64,000 nt of DNA, taken from contig JAAEQR010000142.1 in assembly GCA_024231215.1 (NCBI GenBank), positions 292,593-356,592 of the forward strand, given 5' to 3'. Made by a program: the position numbers and the translations under genes. Each line of letters starts with the position of its first letter. Position 1 is the first letter of the stretch. Of this stretch, positions 20,608 through 29,188 are shown one piece after another. This stretch comes from PVC group bacterium. GTDB taxonomy: Bacteria > Omnitrophota > Gorgyraeia > B26-G9. Under the pieces are notes generated by a model. That model worked only from the letters and a program-made list of their open reading frames with translations. It made no database searches and had not been told where the DNA came from.

Positions 20608-20647
20608 TTGGTAAGCGGTTAACGGGGCGCTGTTAACCGCTTACCAA
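20608..20647. terminator. Perfect 16-bp hairpin just 3' of the 20659 gene (terminator or mRNA stabiliser)
   Basis: ttggtaagcggttaac-N8-gttaaccgcttaccaa; no clear U-tract on the minus strand. Confidence 0.6.
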
Positions 20648-20658
20648 TATCCGTTGCG

Positions 20659-21381
20659 TTATATGGCTAAATCGCTGGCTTCTACACTTATATTCACTAC
20701 TTCTTCATTATCAAAATCTGCAGGAGGTGCATATGTTAAGGTATAATCCGCTGATGTTCCGGTTATCGTTGGTGTTACAGTCGTTCCATTAACTTTCATA
20801 ATAATCGTGTTAATATCTACTCCAGCACCATCATCAAGTACATGCACAACAATATCTGTATCCCTGGCCACTCCCGTAGCATTTTTAGCCGGGCTATGTC
20901 CGGTTGTATACGGTGGAGTTGTATCAGGAACCGCTGAGGTAGTTACATTAGGAATGTTAGATATAGATGAAATGTTTGATTCTTCATCAGAAGTTTTAAT
21001 CGCAAAATAGTATGCTGTCTCTGCCAATAACCCATTGACCGTCATACTTTCGTTGGACCCAGCAATACTAGGAGTAGGCTCTCCGCTCACTTGCGTTGCA
21101 CTAGCCCAATTACCTTCATTGATCACAGAGGTAGAATATCTCAAATCATAACTTGTAGCTGTTCCTGTACTCCCGTCATCACCCGGAGCTGTCCAGGAAA
21201 GAGTTGCAGAATTATGAGTTGAATCTGAAATTGCTAAATCCGAGACTGCCAAAGGAGCAATCAAATCATCTACGATCGTAAATGAATATACATCTGCAGT
21301 CATCTGATTGGCACTATACACATTCCCGGCGATACATAGAACCATTAAACTTGTGATTATAAAACTACTTATCTGCCTCAT
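20659..21381 (-). CDS. Small secreted protein: donor-strand-like peptide + FN3 + C-terminally incomplete Ig-like domain (putative polymerising subunit)
   Basis: Signal peptide ending VYS; ANQMTADVYSFT; LSWTAPGDDG..YYFAIK (FN3); ends VEASDLAI*. Confidence 0.8.
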   Translation of the reverse strand: MRQISSFIITSLMVLCIAGNVYSANQMTADVYSFTIVDDLIAPLAVSDLAISDSTHNSATLSWTAPGDDGSTGTATSYDLRYSTSVINEGNWASATQVSGEPTPSIAGSNESMTVNGLLAETAYYFAIKTSDEESNISSISNIPNVTTSAVPDTTPPYTTGHSPAKNATGVARDTDIVVHVLDDGAGVDINTIIMKVNGTTVTPTITGTSADYTLTYAPPADFDNEEVVNISVEASDLAI

Positions 21382-21406
21382 AATCTTACCTCATCCTCCT
21401 TCTCCG

Positions 21407-21444
21407 AAAAAAAATCCTGTCCTCGAATTTATATAGAGAACAGG
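21407..21444 (-). terminator. Riboswitch expression-platform terminator 2
   Basis: CCTGTTCTC-loop-GAGGACAGG then ATTTTTTTT before AGGAGG. Confidence 0.8.
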
Positions 21445-21530
21445 CGTTTTCATCGGTCAGCGCTCACCCGCCCAGTCTTCTGACGAATTTAACGTATCAG
21501 TCATCCTGTACGCTAAACGCTGTTTTTTTT

Positions 21531-21728
21531 ACCTTCGGCAACCCAGCTGCCCTGTCCGCCATTGCGAACTTGGGGCCTGTGGCTTTGCTCCCCGCCTTAA
21601 TCTCAGCAGGAAGGGCCTCTTGACAGCCAATCCATCAAATTCATTTGTCATTTGTAACTCGACATTTGTAATTCAGGCTTTGCCTGTCGCCCGTCCCATT
21701 CTTTCGAATGGTTTGCTATTATCGTGTA
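21531..21728 (-). ncRNA. GEMM-I riboswitch, A20 variant, with 104-nt insertion; copy 2
   Basis: CACGATAATAGCAAACCATTCGAAAGAATGGGAC-[104 nt]-GCAAAGCCACAGGCCCC...GGGCAGCTGGGTTGCCGAAGGT. Confidence 0.85.
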
Positions 21729-21752
21729 TAACCCCTTTTAAAAGGGGTATTT

Positions 21753-24700
21753 TTAAGGAGCGAGGTCACTCGCTTCTACACTTACGCTTACCACCTCCCC
21801 ATTAGCAAATTGTGAACCCGGCGCATAAGTTAAAGTGTAATCAGCCGGAGTTCCGGTTATCGTTGGTGTTACAGTCGTTCCGTTAACTTTCATTACAATT
21901 GTATTAATATCAACTCCATCACCATCATCTTTTACATGAACTACAATATCTGTATCCCTGGCTATAGCAATAGCATTTTTAATCGGATCATGTCCGGTAG
22001 TGTATGGCGGAATTGTATCCGGCAAGATTATAGTTTCTTTGGCCTCGGCATTAGCACTATTGGAAAGACCGGAAGTATTCGGAACCTCATCCTGTGTTTT
22101 CATCGCAAAGTAGTATGTTGTACCCGGAGTAAGGCTGCTTACAGTCATTGATTCAGATGTACCGGCAACACTAGGTGTAGGCTCTCCGCTAACATCACTT
22201 GCCGCATTAAATAAAGTATCATTAGTTATGTCTGACGTTGAATACTTAATTATATATACAGAAGCCGTTCCGCTTGTCCCGTCATCTCCGGGAGCTGTCC
22301 AAGTCAAATCAATTTCTCCGTCAGCTGAACCAGTCACCGCACTTAAGTTACTCACTGCTGCTGGTGCAGTAGAATCACCCCCAGCTGCTACCTTTTCATA
22401 AGCACCAATATCATATATCCCGTTTTGCGGCCGCGAAACTTCCAAAAGATCATCATCTACATATGCGCTTAAATTTGCACCCTGATTCACTGCCGGACCT
22501 CCAGCCTTTAATTGATAATTATCCGCACCCGGATTTTCAAAAACTTCAGAAGAGGTCGCGACAACAGAGTTATCGTCCTGATTATAATTGTTCTGCCAAC
22601 TAGTTAAACTTACTAAACTTCCGGTAGGATCCTCTATATTTGTAACAATATTGTAATCACTGTCTAAACCCGACATACTTTCAGGATCTACGGCAAGACT
22701 ATCCTGCCCTCCTTCATGTATCAATATATTGTTCTTGACTTCATTACCCGTACTTCCGTTACGCAATGAAAAAGCATGCGCTCCGCCGGAAGGAACAATT
22801 ACCGTATTGTTAAAATATTTATTATCCTTACTGCCGTAAGCATCTCCTACTCCATCATCCCAACTTGCGATACCATGCTGTTGATTACCATAAACCAAAT
22901 TATTTATAATCACTGAATTGCGAATAGACGCAAAATTTAATCCGCTTGTTCCGTTGTTATAAACAATATTACTATCTACTATCGCGTTTGTAATAATCCC
23001 GTCACCTTCTTCAGCCGGGTCTGCGTTTATTTGGATTCCACCCCGGTAATTATCATAACTCGTATTACCTCTGACTATCGGATTGTCACCGCTATTCGCT
23101 ACATAAATTCCATGTGTATTTCCTGATCCCCACACTTCGTTATTTTCAATCAAGGCATCAACTGCGAACGAAGTAGAAATTCCTACAGATCCCATATTTG
23201 ATATTCGACAGTTTTTTATCTCTATTCCCAGGATATCATCTCCCGAATCCTTAGATATTCTTACCCCACGATCACTGCTTCCAGACTCTCCAATCATCCG
23301 AAATCCATCTATAGTTACATAATTTCCAGTGACATGAATTACTGCAGACCTTGCTTCGTATGCAACATTGCTGTTTAATATAACATTGCTGTTTGCAGCT
23401 CGAAAAGTTATCCTGTCTGTAGCCGTTCCCGCAGTACTAATCACAAATCCATCGTAAGTACCTGTCTGTACAATTACAGTATCTCCGCCAACTACAGTAT
23501 CTGCTGCATGCTGAATGGTTTCCCAGGGATTCCCCAGAGATCCATCATCACCGTTATCTCCACTCTCAGCCACATAATAAGTATCTCCATCATACGGATT
23601 TTCATTACCTAAATAATTCCATATATAATCGGTAAATGTCTCACTATCCGCACAGAATCCTCTCTCATGATCAGTTGTGGCTGGAGAATCTCCATAATAG
23701 GCATATGACTCTCTCATTTCATTATACATACGATCTTGATACGGCCAAGACCATAAATCATCAGCCGTCAAGACCCCATCTACATACCTTTTGATAACAT
23801 TTGCCCCTCGATCAACATCCCCTTGACCTGTCCCATCACAAGCAGAGCTATCTTCAATTCTAAGGGGATACAATATTCCCGAATCTCCAGTTAAAGCATT
23901 AGTTCCATAAGTTGCCCCGGAATTATCAAAATAGCAATAACTATCCGCTTTATCTGCCCTACTACAATTTTTAAATAAACAATTAGTAACATTTATACCT
24001 GAGCTCGAAGTAGTGTCTATTACGTCTCCAGATGATCCAATAAAAGTACATCTATCAATACTGAATGACGGATTAACTCTACAATTAACAAAAACACTTT
24101 CAGATGTTCCCACTCCCACACAATCAAGTAATCCATAAGTCATATCAGAATCTAAATTAAACGGTCTAAAATTTCCCGTATTAATTGCAATACAACCATA
24201 AATTTTATTATTACTTGAACCGCTTCTGTGCCTAAATGCAGCCCCTGCAGACCCGCTATCCGCAAAATCAATCGCAATACAATTCTCAAAAATTGAATTC
24301 TCTGCGCCATAAAAAGTAAATCCATTCTCGCCTTGGGAATCATCCTGAACTCCATCAAAACGCACCACAACACGCCTTATAGTTATGTTTGCTGTATGTG
24401 GACCGTCAGGATATTTACCATATAAACTAACTCCCGACCGACAAACCCCCCAAAACCAACAATCCTCAACTAAGCAATACTCAGCATAGTTCCCTACTTC
24501 TAATAAAGCATCCGTAGCACCTCCTGCATTTCTCCCACTACAACGCTGTATTATAATATTATTCACTCTGTTCGCATCATCAGCCCCTGAAATAACAATA
24601 ACCCCATCATTCGATTCTCTGCCATAAATCCCTTGAACAGTAATATACGAATGAGAACCAGTTATATTTATAGGAATCCGTGAACCTCCGCCATCTATAA

Positions 24701-24998
24701 TTACGCCTCCATCTGTCTCCGCTAAAATATATGTAGGCGCCCCATCTGAACCGCTTACAGGATCAACAATATTACTACCGCTGTAATCATATATGCCATT
24801 TTTATAAATCAAAGTATCTCCACCGCTCATTACCGAATTTGCATGGCTAAAAGTTCTCCAGGCATTATTATAACTGCCGTCGCCACTACCATCATTCCCA
24901 CTCGGAGAAAGATAATACGTAGCAGCAAAAAGTGAATCCGCCTGAACAATAGCTACGATACTACAGATTATTAGAATAAATATTATTTTTATTTTCAT
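21753..24998 (-). CDS. Secreted protein with two right-handed beta-helix modules (A then B), FN3 and a C-terminally incomplete Ig-like domain (putative tip subunit)
   Basis: Signal peptide; YYLSPSGND..AWRT and YYVAESGD..NPWETIQ starts of pectate-lyase-like beta-helices; DIGAYE; LTWTAPGDDG; ends VEASDLAP*. Confidence 0.8.
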   Translation of the reverse strand: MKIKIIFILIICSIVAIVQADSLFAATYYLSPSGNDGSGDGSYNNAWRTFSHANSVMSGGDTLIYKNGIYDYSGSNIVDPVSGSDGAPTYILAETDGGVIIDGGGSRIPINITGSHSYITVQGIYGRESNDGVIVISGADDANRVNNIIIQRCSGRNAGGATDALLEVGNYAEYCLVEDCWFWGVCRSGVSLYGKYPDGPHTANITIRRVVVRFDGVQDDSQGENGFTFYGAENSIFENCIAIDFADSGSAGAAFRHRSGSSNNKIYGCIAINTGNFRPFNLDSDMTYGLLDCVGVGTSESVFVNCRVNPSFSIDRCTFIGSSGDVIDTTSSSGINVTNCLFKNCSRADKADSYCYFDNSGATYGTNALTGDSGILYPLRIEDSSACDGTGQGDVDRGANVIKRYVDGVLTADDLWSWPYQDRMYNEMRESYAYYGDSPATTDHERGFCADSETFTDYIWNYLGNENPYDGDTYYVAESGDNGDDGSLGNPWETIQHAADTVVGGDTVIVQTGTYDGFVISTAGTATDRITFRAANSNVILNSNVAYEARSAVIHVTGNYVTIDGFRMIGESGSSDRGVRISKDSGDDILGIEIKNCRISNMGSVGISTSFAVDALIENNEVWGSGNTHGIYVANSGDNPIVRGNTSYDNYRGGIQINADPAEEGDGIITNAIVDSNIVYNNGTSGLNFASIRNSVIINNLVYGNQQHGIASWDDGVGDAYGSKDNKYFNNTVIVPSGGAHAFSLRNGSTGNEVKNNILIHEGGQDSLAVDPESMSGLDSDYNIVTNIEDPTGSLVSLTSWQNNYNQDDNSVVATSSEVFENPGADNYQLKAGGPAVNQGANLSAYVDDDLLEVSRPQNGIYDIGAYEKVAAGGDSTAPAAVSNLSAVTGSADGEIDLTWTAPGDDGTSGTASVYIIKYSTSDITNDTLFNAASDVSGEPTPSVAGTSESMTVSSLTPGTTYYFAMKTQDEVPNTSGLSNSANAEAKETIILPDTIPPYTTGHDPIKNAIAIARDTDIVVHVKDDGDGVDINTIVMKVNGTTVTPTITGTPADYTLTYAPGSQFANGEVVSVSVEASDLAP

Positions 24999-25009
24999 AT
25001 TTCCCCCTT

Positions 25010-25046
25010 AAAAAAAATACCTGTCTTCAGAAGTTAGAGAACAGGC
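25010..25046 (-). terminator. Riboswitch expression-platform terminator 3
   Basis: GCCTGTTCTC-loop-GAAGACAGGT then ATTTTTTTT before an AAGGGGG RBS. Confidence 0.75.
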
Positions 25047-25097
25047 GTAGTTCTAGTATATATAGAGTAATAGATATTATTCTCCTATACACTATTT

Positions 25098-25366
25098 TCC
25101 ATTCGGCAACCCAGCTGCCTTATCAGTCAATGGTCAATAGTCAATGGTTAATAGTTTTAATTCATATCAGCCATTAGCTACCAACTATCAGCTAATGTAG
25201 GCCTGTGGCTTTGCTCCTCCCGCCGTATTTTGGCGGGGAGAGGGCGTCCGCCCGTCCCATTTTTTCAACCCCGAATGAAGCAACCCTTCCAGGATACTCT
25301 TCGGGGTGCCGATGCGTTTCTCCCTAAGAGAACTACATTCGGCAATGGTTTGCTATTATCGTGGTT
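25098..25366 (-). ncRNA. GEMM-I riboswitch, A20 variant, with two insertion sites; copy 3
   Basis: CACGATAATAGCAAACCATT-[~76 nt, 2 hairpins]-TGAAAAAATGGGAC-[39 nt]-GCAAAGCCACAGGCCTA...AAGGCAGCTGGGTTGCCGAA. Confidence 0.8.
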
Positions 25367-25416
25367 CTAATTTCTTTCAAAAAACAATGCTTCTTTTTCT
25401 ATACCGTATAACAAGA

Positions 25417-25433
25417 AGCAATTTTTATACCAC
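25417..25433 (-). promoter_or_regulatory. Sigma54 promoter upstream of riboswitch copy 3
   Basis: GTGGTATAAAAATTGCT (GG-N10-GC). Confidence 0.7.
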
Positions 25434-25574
25434 TAATACAACAAATTTATTATAATGCTCTCACGCCTTTAACTCTATATTTGCAAACAAATTAAGAATA
25501 AAAAATATACTAAAATTACTTTTCAGCAAAATGTAAAAAAACAAATTTCCAGAAAATATTTTCCATTGAAGAAA

Positions 25575-28500
25575 TTATTTTCCATTTAGCATACTTCTGG
25601 CTACGCTAATTAAAGGATGCAAAACACTTCTTACAACTGCTTTGATTTCTTCTTTTTCCTTTATATACTCAGCTACATCAGGACTACACTTATAATATAC
25701 CCCGACAAAAAGTTTTCCGCAAGTATTACTCAGTAAATACTTATCTCTGAATCGACATAAAGTAACAACTTCATCAGCCAACGAAGTTCCAAAAGCTGCC
25801 GTAGCTATAAAACAAAGCCCGCCATCATCGCTGCTGCTGCCACCACCACCTGCCGCAGCAACATCGCCTTCGCCATCACCACCCCCATCACTACTTTCTG
25901 GGGTAATCGCACTGGCTGGATTTGAATATCCAGAACAAGCATGGTCATTATACGAACGTATTCGATAATTATATTTTGTTCCCAAACTGCGCCCTGTATC
26001 TATGTAGATATTAGTGTCAGGATCAGTAATATCAATTTCTGTATTACCTGCAATAAATTCAACACTTCTCTCTATTTTAAAACCATCGATACCAACCGAA
26101 TTATCTTCCCACGCAAGAGCAATACAATTATCGTTTATTAATTGAGCTGTAAGATTAGATGGTGTGGCTAACGTATATCCTGTTGTAGCATAAGCTTCAT
26201 TAGAATACGCTGTTTTCTCTGTAGAGTCATAGACTGCTCTGACTTGATAATAGTATGTAGTATTTCCAGCTAAGCTTCTATCGTCATAAGCTATTACATT
26301 TTGCCCCACAGTAGCTATCCGAACATATGTTCCTCCCACACCTTTTTTTCTTTCTATTTCAAATCCATCTTCCCCTTGAGCATTGTCCTTCCAATCTAAT
26401 CTTATCTCACTTAATGATACAGATCGAGCCGTTAGTTCTGAAGGGGGATATACCGGAGGAGGAGGATTGCTTAAGTACCCCCATACATAGGAAGTCAGAG
26501 TTTGCGTATCCGCACAAAATCCTCTTTGTGCATCTACAGTTGGAGGAGTACTCCCTGCTGGCGGTGTTATAGACTCCCTCATTTCCAACTTTATTCTATT
26601 TTCATTCGGCCAGGGCCATAAACTAGTTTGAGTCAATGTCCCGTTAACATATCGATTTAACACATTTGCTCCTCGATCAACACCACCTTGACCTGTCCCA
26701 TCACAAGCAGAGCCATCCTCAATTTTAATGGAGTAAAGCAACCCTGAATCACCACTTGAAGCATTAGTTCCATAATCCGAGCCAGAATTATCATAATGAC
26801 AATAACTATCCGCTTCATCTCCACTACCACAATTTTTAAACAGACAATTAGTAACATTTACACCTGAACTTGAAGTAGTATCTAAAACATCACCCGATGA
26901 TCCGATAAAAGTACACCTATCAATATTAAATTCTGGATTAATTCTACAATTAACAAAAACACTTTTAGTTGTTCCCACGCCCACACAATCAAGTAATCCA
27001 TAAGTCATATCAGAATCTAAATTAAACGGTCTAAAATTCCCCGTATTAATTGCAATACAACCATAATATTTATTATCACTTGACCCGTCTCTATGTCTAA
27101 AGCCAGCTCCAGCATTAGCCCCATTTGCAAAATCAATAGCAATACAGTTTTCCAAAATAGAATCATCGGCTCCGTAAAATGAGAATCCATTCTCTCCCTG
27201 AGAACCATCTTGAACCGCATCAAACCTGACTACTACTCTGCGCACTATAATATTATTTGTATGAGGACCTGCGGGATACTTACCATATAAGAGCACACCT
27301 GTTCGGCAAACTCCCCAAAACCAACAATCTTCTATTAAACAATACTGTGCATAATTACCAATACTACAAATAGCATCTGTAGCACCCCCGGCATTTTTAG
27401 CTCCAACACGTCTTATTTCTATATATTCGGCTCTATGATTATCGTCTACTCCGCTTACATCAATGACCTCATCGCTGGAATTATAACAATAAAATCCTTC
27501 AATCCTAATATATCTGGGAATATATGAACCTTCTCCAGTAATATCAATCGGAATACGGCTACCGATACCATTAATTTTCGCTTGCCCGTCATGTTCAGCT
27601 TTAATTGTAGTATATGCAACAGCACTTCCACTTACAGGATCAACAATATTACTCCCGGGATAATCATAAATACCATCTTTATAAATAAGAGTATCCCCAC
27701 CACTCATCTGAGAGCTAGCTTGGGTAAATGTCCTCCAGGGATTATTATAGCTGCCGTCACCGCTGGAATCACTTCCAATCGGTGAAATATAATAAGCTCC
27801 GCTTAATGTGTTTTCATATGTACCTATATCATACACAAAAGCCTGCGGCCGAACAACTCCCAATAAGTCAAAATTAACATCACCGCTTAAATTTGCTCCC
27901 TGATCTATCGCCGGACTCCCAGCTTTTAATTTATAATTATCTGACCCAGGATTTTCAAACACGGAAGAAGCCGTTGCAACAATAGAATTATTATCCTGAT
28001 TATAATTATTCTGCCAACTAGTTAAACTTACTAAACTTCCTGTTGGATCTTCAATATTAGTAACTATATTATAATCGCTGTCTAAACCAGCCATACTTTC
28101 TGTATCTACGGCAATACTGTCCTGGCCGCCTTCATGTATCAATATATTGTTCTTTACGACATTACCCGTACTTCCGTTACGCAATGAAAAAGCATGCGCT
28201 CCCCCGGAAGGAGCCACCACTGTATTATTTAAATATTTATTGTCTTTGCTCCCATAACTATCTCCTGCTTCATCATCCCAACTTGCAATACCATGCTGTT
28301 GATTATCATAAACCAGATTGTTCCTGATCAATGAGTTACGGATAGACGCAAAATTTAATCCACTTGTCCCGTTGTTATAAACGATATTATTTTCTACCAA
28401 AGCATTGGTAATTATCCCATCACCTGCCTCCAGCGGATCTGCGTTTATCTGGATTCCGCCTCTATCATTATTATAGCTCGCATTACCTCTGACTATCGGA

Positions 28501-29087
28501 TTGTCACCGCTATTAGCTACATAGACTCCATGCGTATTTCCTGAACCCCACACCTCGTTATTTTCAATCAAAATATCAACTGCAAACGAAGTAGATATCC
28601 CCACAGATCCCATATTTGATACTCGACAGTTTTTTATCTCTATTCCCAGGATATCATCTCCTGAATCCTTAGATATCCTTATCCCGCGATCATTGCTTCC
28701 AGATTCTCCAATCATCCGAAATCCATCAATAGTTACATAATTTCCAGTGACATGAATTACGGCAGATCTTGCTTCGTAGGCAACATTAGTATTTAAGACA
28801 ACACTGCTGTTTGCAGCTCGGAAGGTTATTCTGTCTGTAGCAGTACCTGCGGTGCTGATCACAAATCCATCGTAAGTACCCGTCTGTACAATTACAGTAT
28901 CTCCGCCAACTACAGTATCTGCTGCATGTTGGATGGTTTCCCAGGGATTACCCAGAGATCCGTCATCGCTGTCAGATCCGCCCTCTGAAACATAATAGTC
29001 CGCAGCAAAGGAAAATGGAGTAAAGAGGACAGAAAGCGCAAGAATACACAGATTGGCTAGTAAAAAGATTTTTAAATTTTTACTCAT
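25575..29087 (-). CDS. Secreted protein with beta-helix modules B then A, two FN3 domains and a CFI-box C-terminal domain
   Basis: Signal peptide; modules paralogous to the 21753 gene in swapped order; LDWKDN..YYYQVRA; [12 protein letters not shown]. Confidence 0.82.
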   Translation of the reverse strand: MSKNLKIFLLANLCILALSVLFTPFSFAADYYVSEGGSDSDDGSLGNPWETIQHAADTVVGGDTVIVQTGTYDGFVISTAGTATDRITFRAANSSVVLNTNVAYEARSAVIHVTGNYVTIDGFRMIGESGSNDRGIRISKDSGDDILGIEIKNCRVSNMGSVGISTSFAVDILIENNEVWGSGNTHGVYVANSGDNPIVRGNASYNNDRGGIQINADPLEAGDGIITNALVENNIVYNNGTSGLNFASIRNSLIRNNLVYDNQQHGIASWDDEAGDSYGSKDNKYLNNTVVAPSGGAHAFSLRNGSTGNVVKNNILIHEGGQDSIAVDTESMAGLDSDYNIVTNIEDPTGSLVSLTSWQNNYNQDNNSIVATASSVFENPGSDNYKLKAGSPAIDQGANLSGDVNFDLLGVVRPQAFVYDIGTYENTLSGAYYISPIGSDSSGDGSYNNPWRTFTQASSQMSGGDTLIYKDGIYDYPGSNIVDPVSGSAVAYTTIKAEHDGQAKINGIGSRIPIDITGEGSYIPRYIRIEGFYCYNSSDEVIDVSGVDDNHRAEYIEIRRVGAKNAGGATDAICSIGNYAQYCLIEDCWFWGVCRTGVLLYGKYPAGPHTNNIIVRRVVVRFDAVQDGSQGENGFSFYGADDSILENCIAIDFANGANAGAGFRHRDGSSDNKYYGCIAINTGNFRPFNLDSDMTYGLLDCVGVGTTKSVFVNCRINPEFNIDRCTFIGSSGDVLDTTSSSGVNVTNCLFKNCGSGDEADSYCHYDNSGSDYGTNASSGDSGLLYSIKIEDGSACDGTGQGGVDRGANVLNRYVNGTLTQTSLWPWPNENRIKLEMRESITPPAGSTPPTVDAQRGFCADTQTLTSYVWGYLSNPPPPVYPPSELTARSVSLSEIRLDWKDNAQGEDGFEIERKKGVGGTYVRIATVGQNVIAYDDRSLAGNTTYYYQVRAVYDSTEKTAYSNEAYATTGYTLATPSNLTAQLINDNCIALAWEDNSVGIDGFKIERSVEFIAGNTEIDITDPDTNIYIDTGRSLGTKYNYRIRSYNDHACSGYSNPASAITPESSDGGGDGEGDVAAAGGGGSSSDDGGLCFIATAAFGTSLADEVVTLCRFRDKYLLSNTCGKLFVGVYYKCSPDVAEYIKEKEEIKAVVRSVLHPLISVARSMLNGK

Positions 29088-29188
29088 AACAACTATCTTC
29101 TATATAAAAACACCATTTAAATAAAATAATGATGGCAATTTTCCCATTATTTTATCAGATCAATAAAAACACAAATTTTGATTCCGCA

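Noticed and set aside
20075-21752. Idea that the structured intergenic RNAs are introns rejoining ASDLAx to ANQMT in one giant protein, or that the genes are pseudogene fragments
   Set aside because: Each downstream gene has its own RBS and intact signal peptide; the RNAs match a riboswitch core with terminators; no group I/II intron hallmarks were seen
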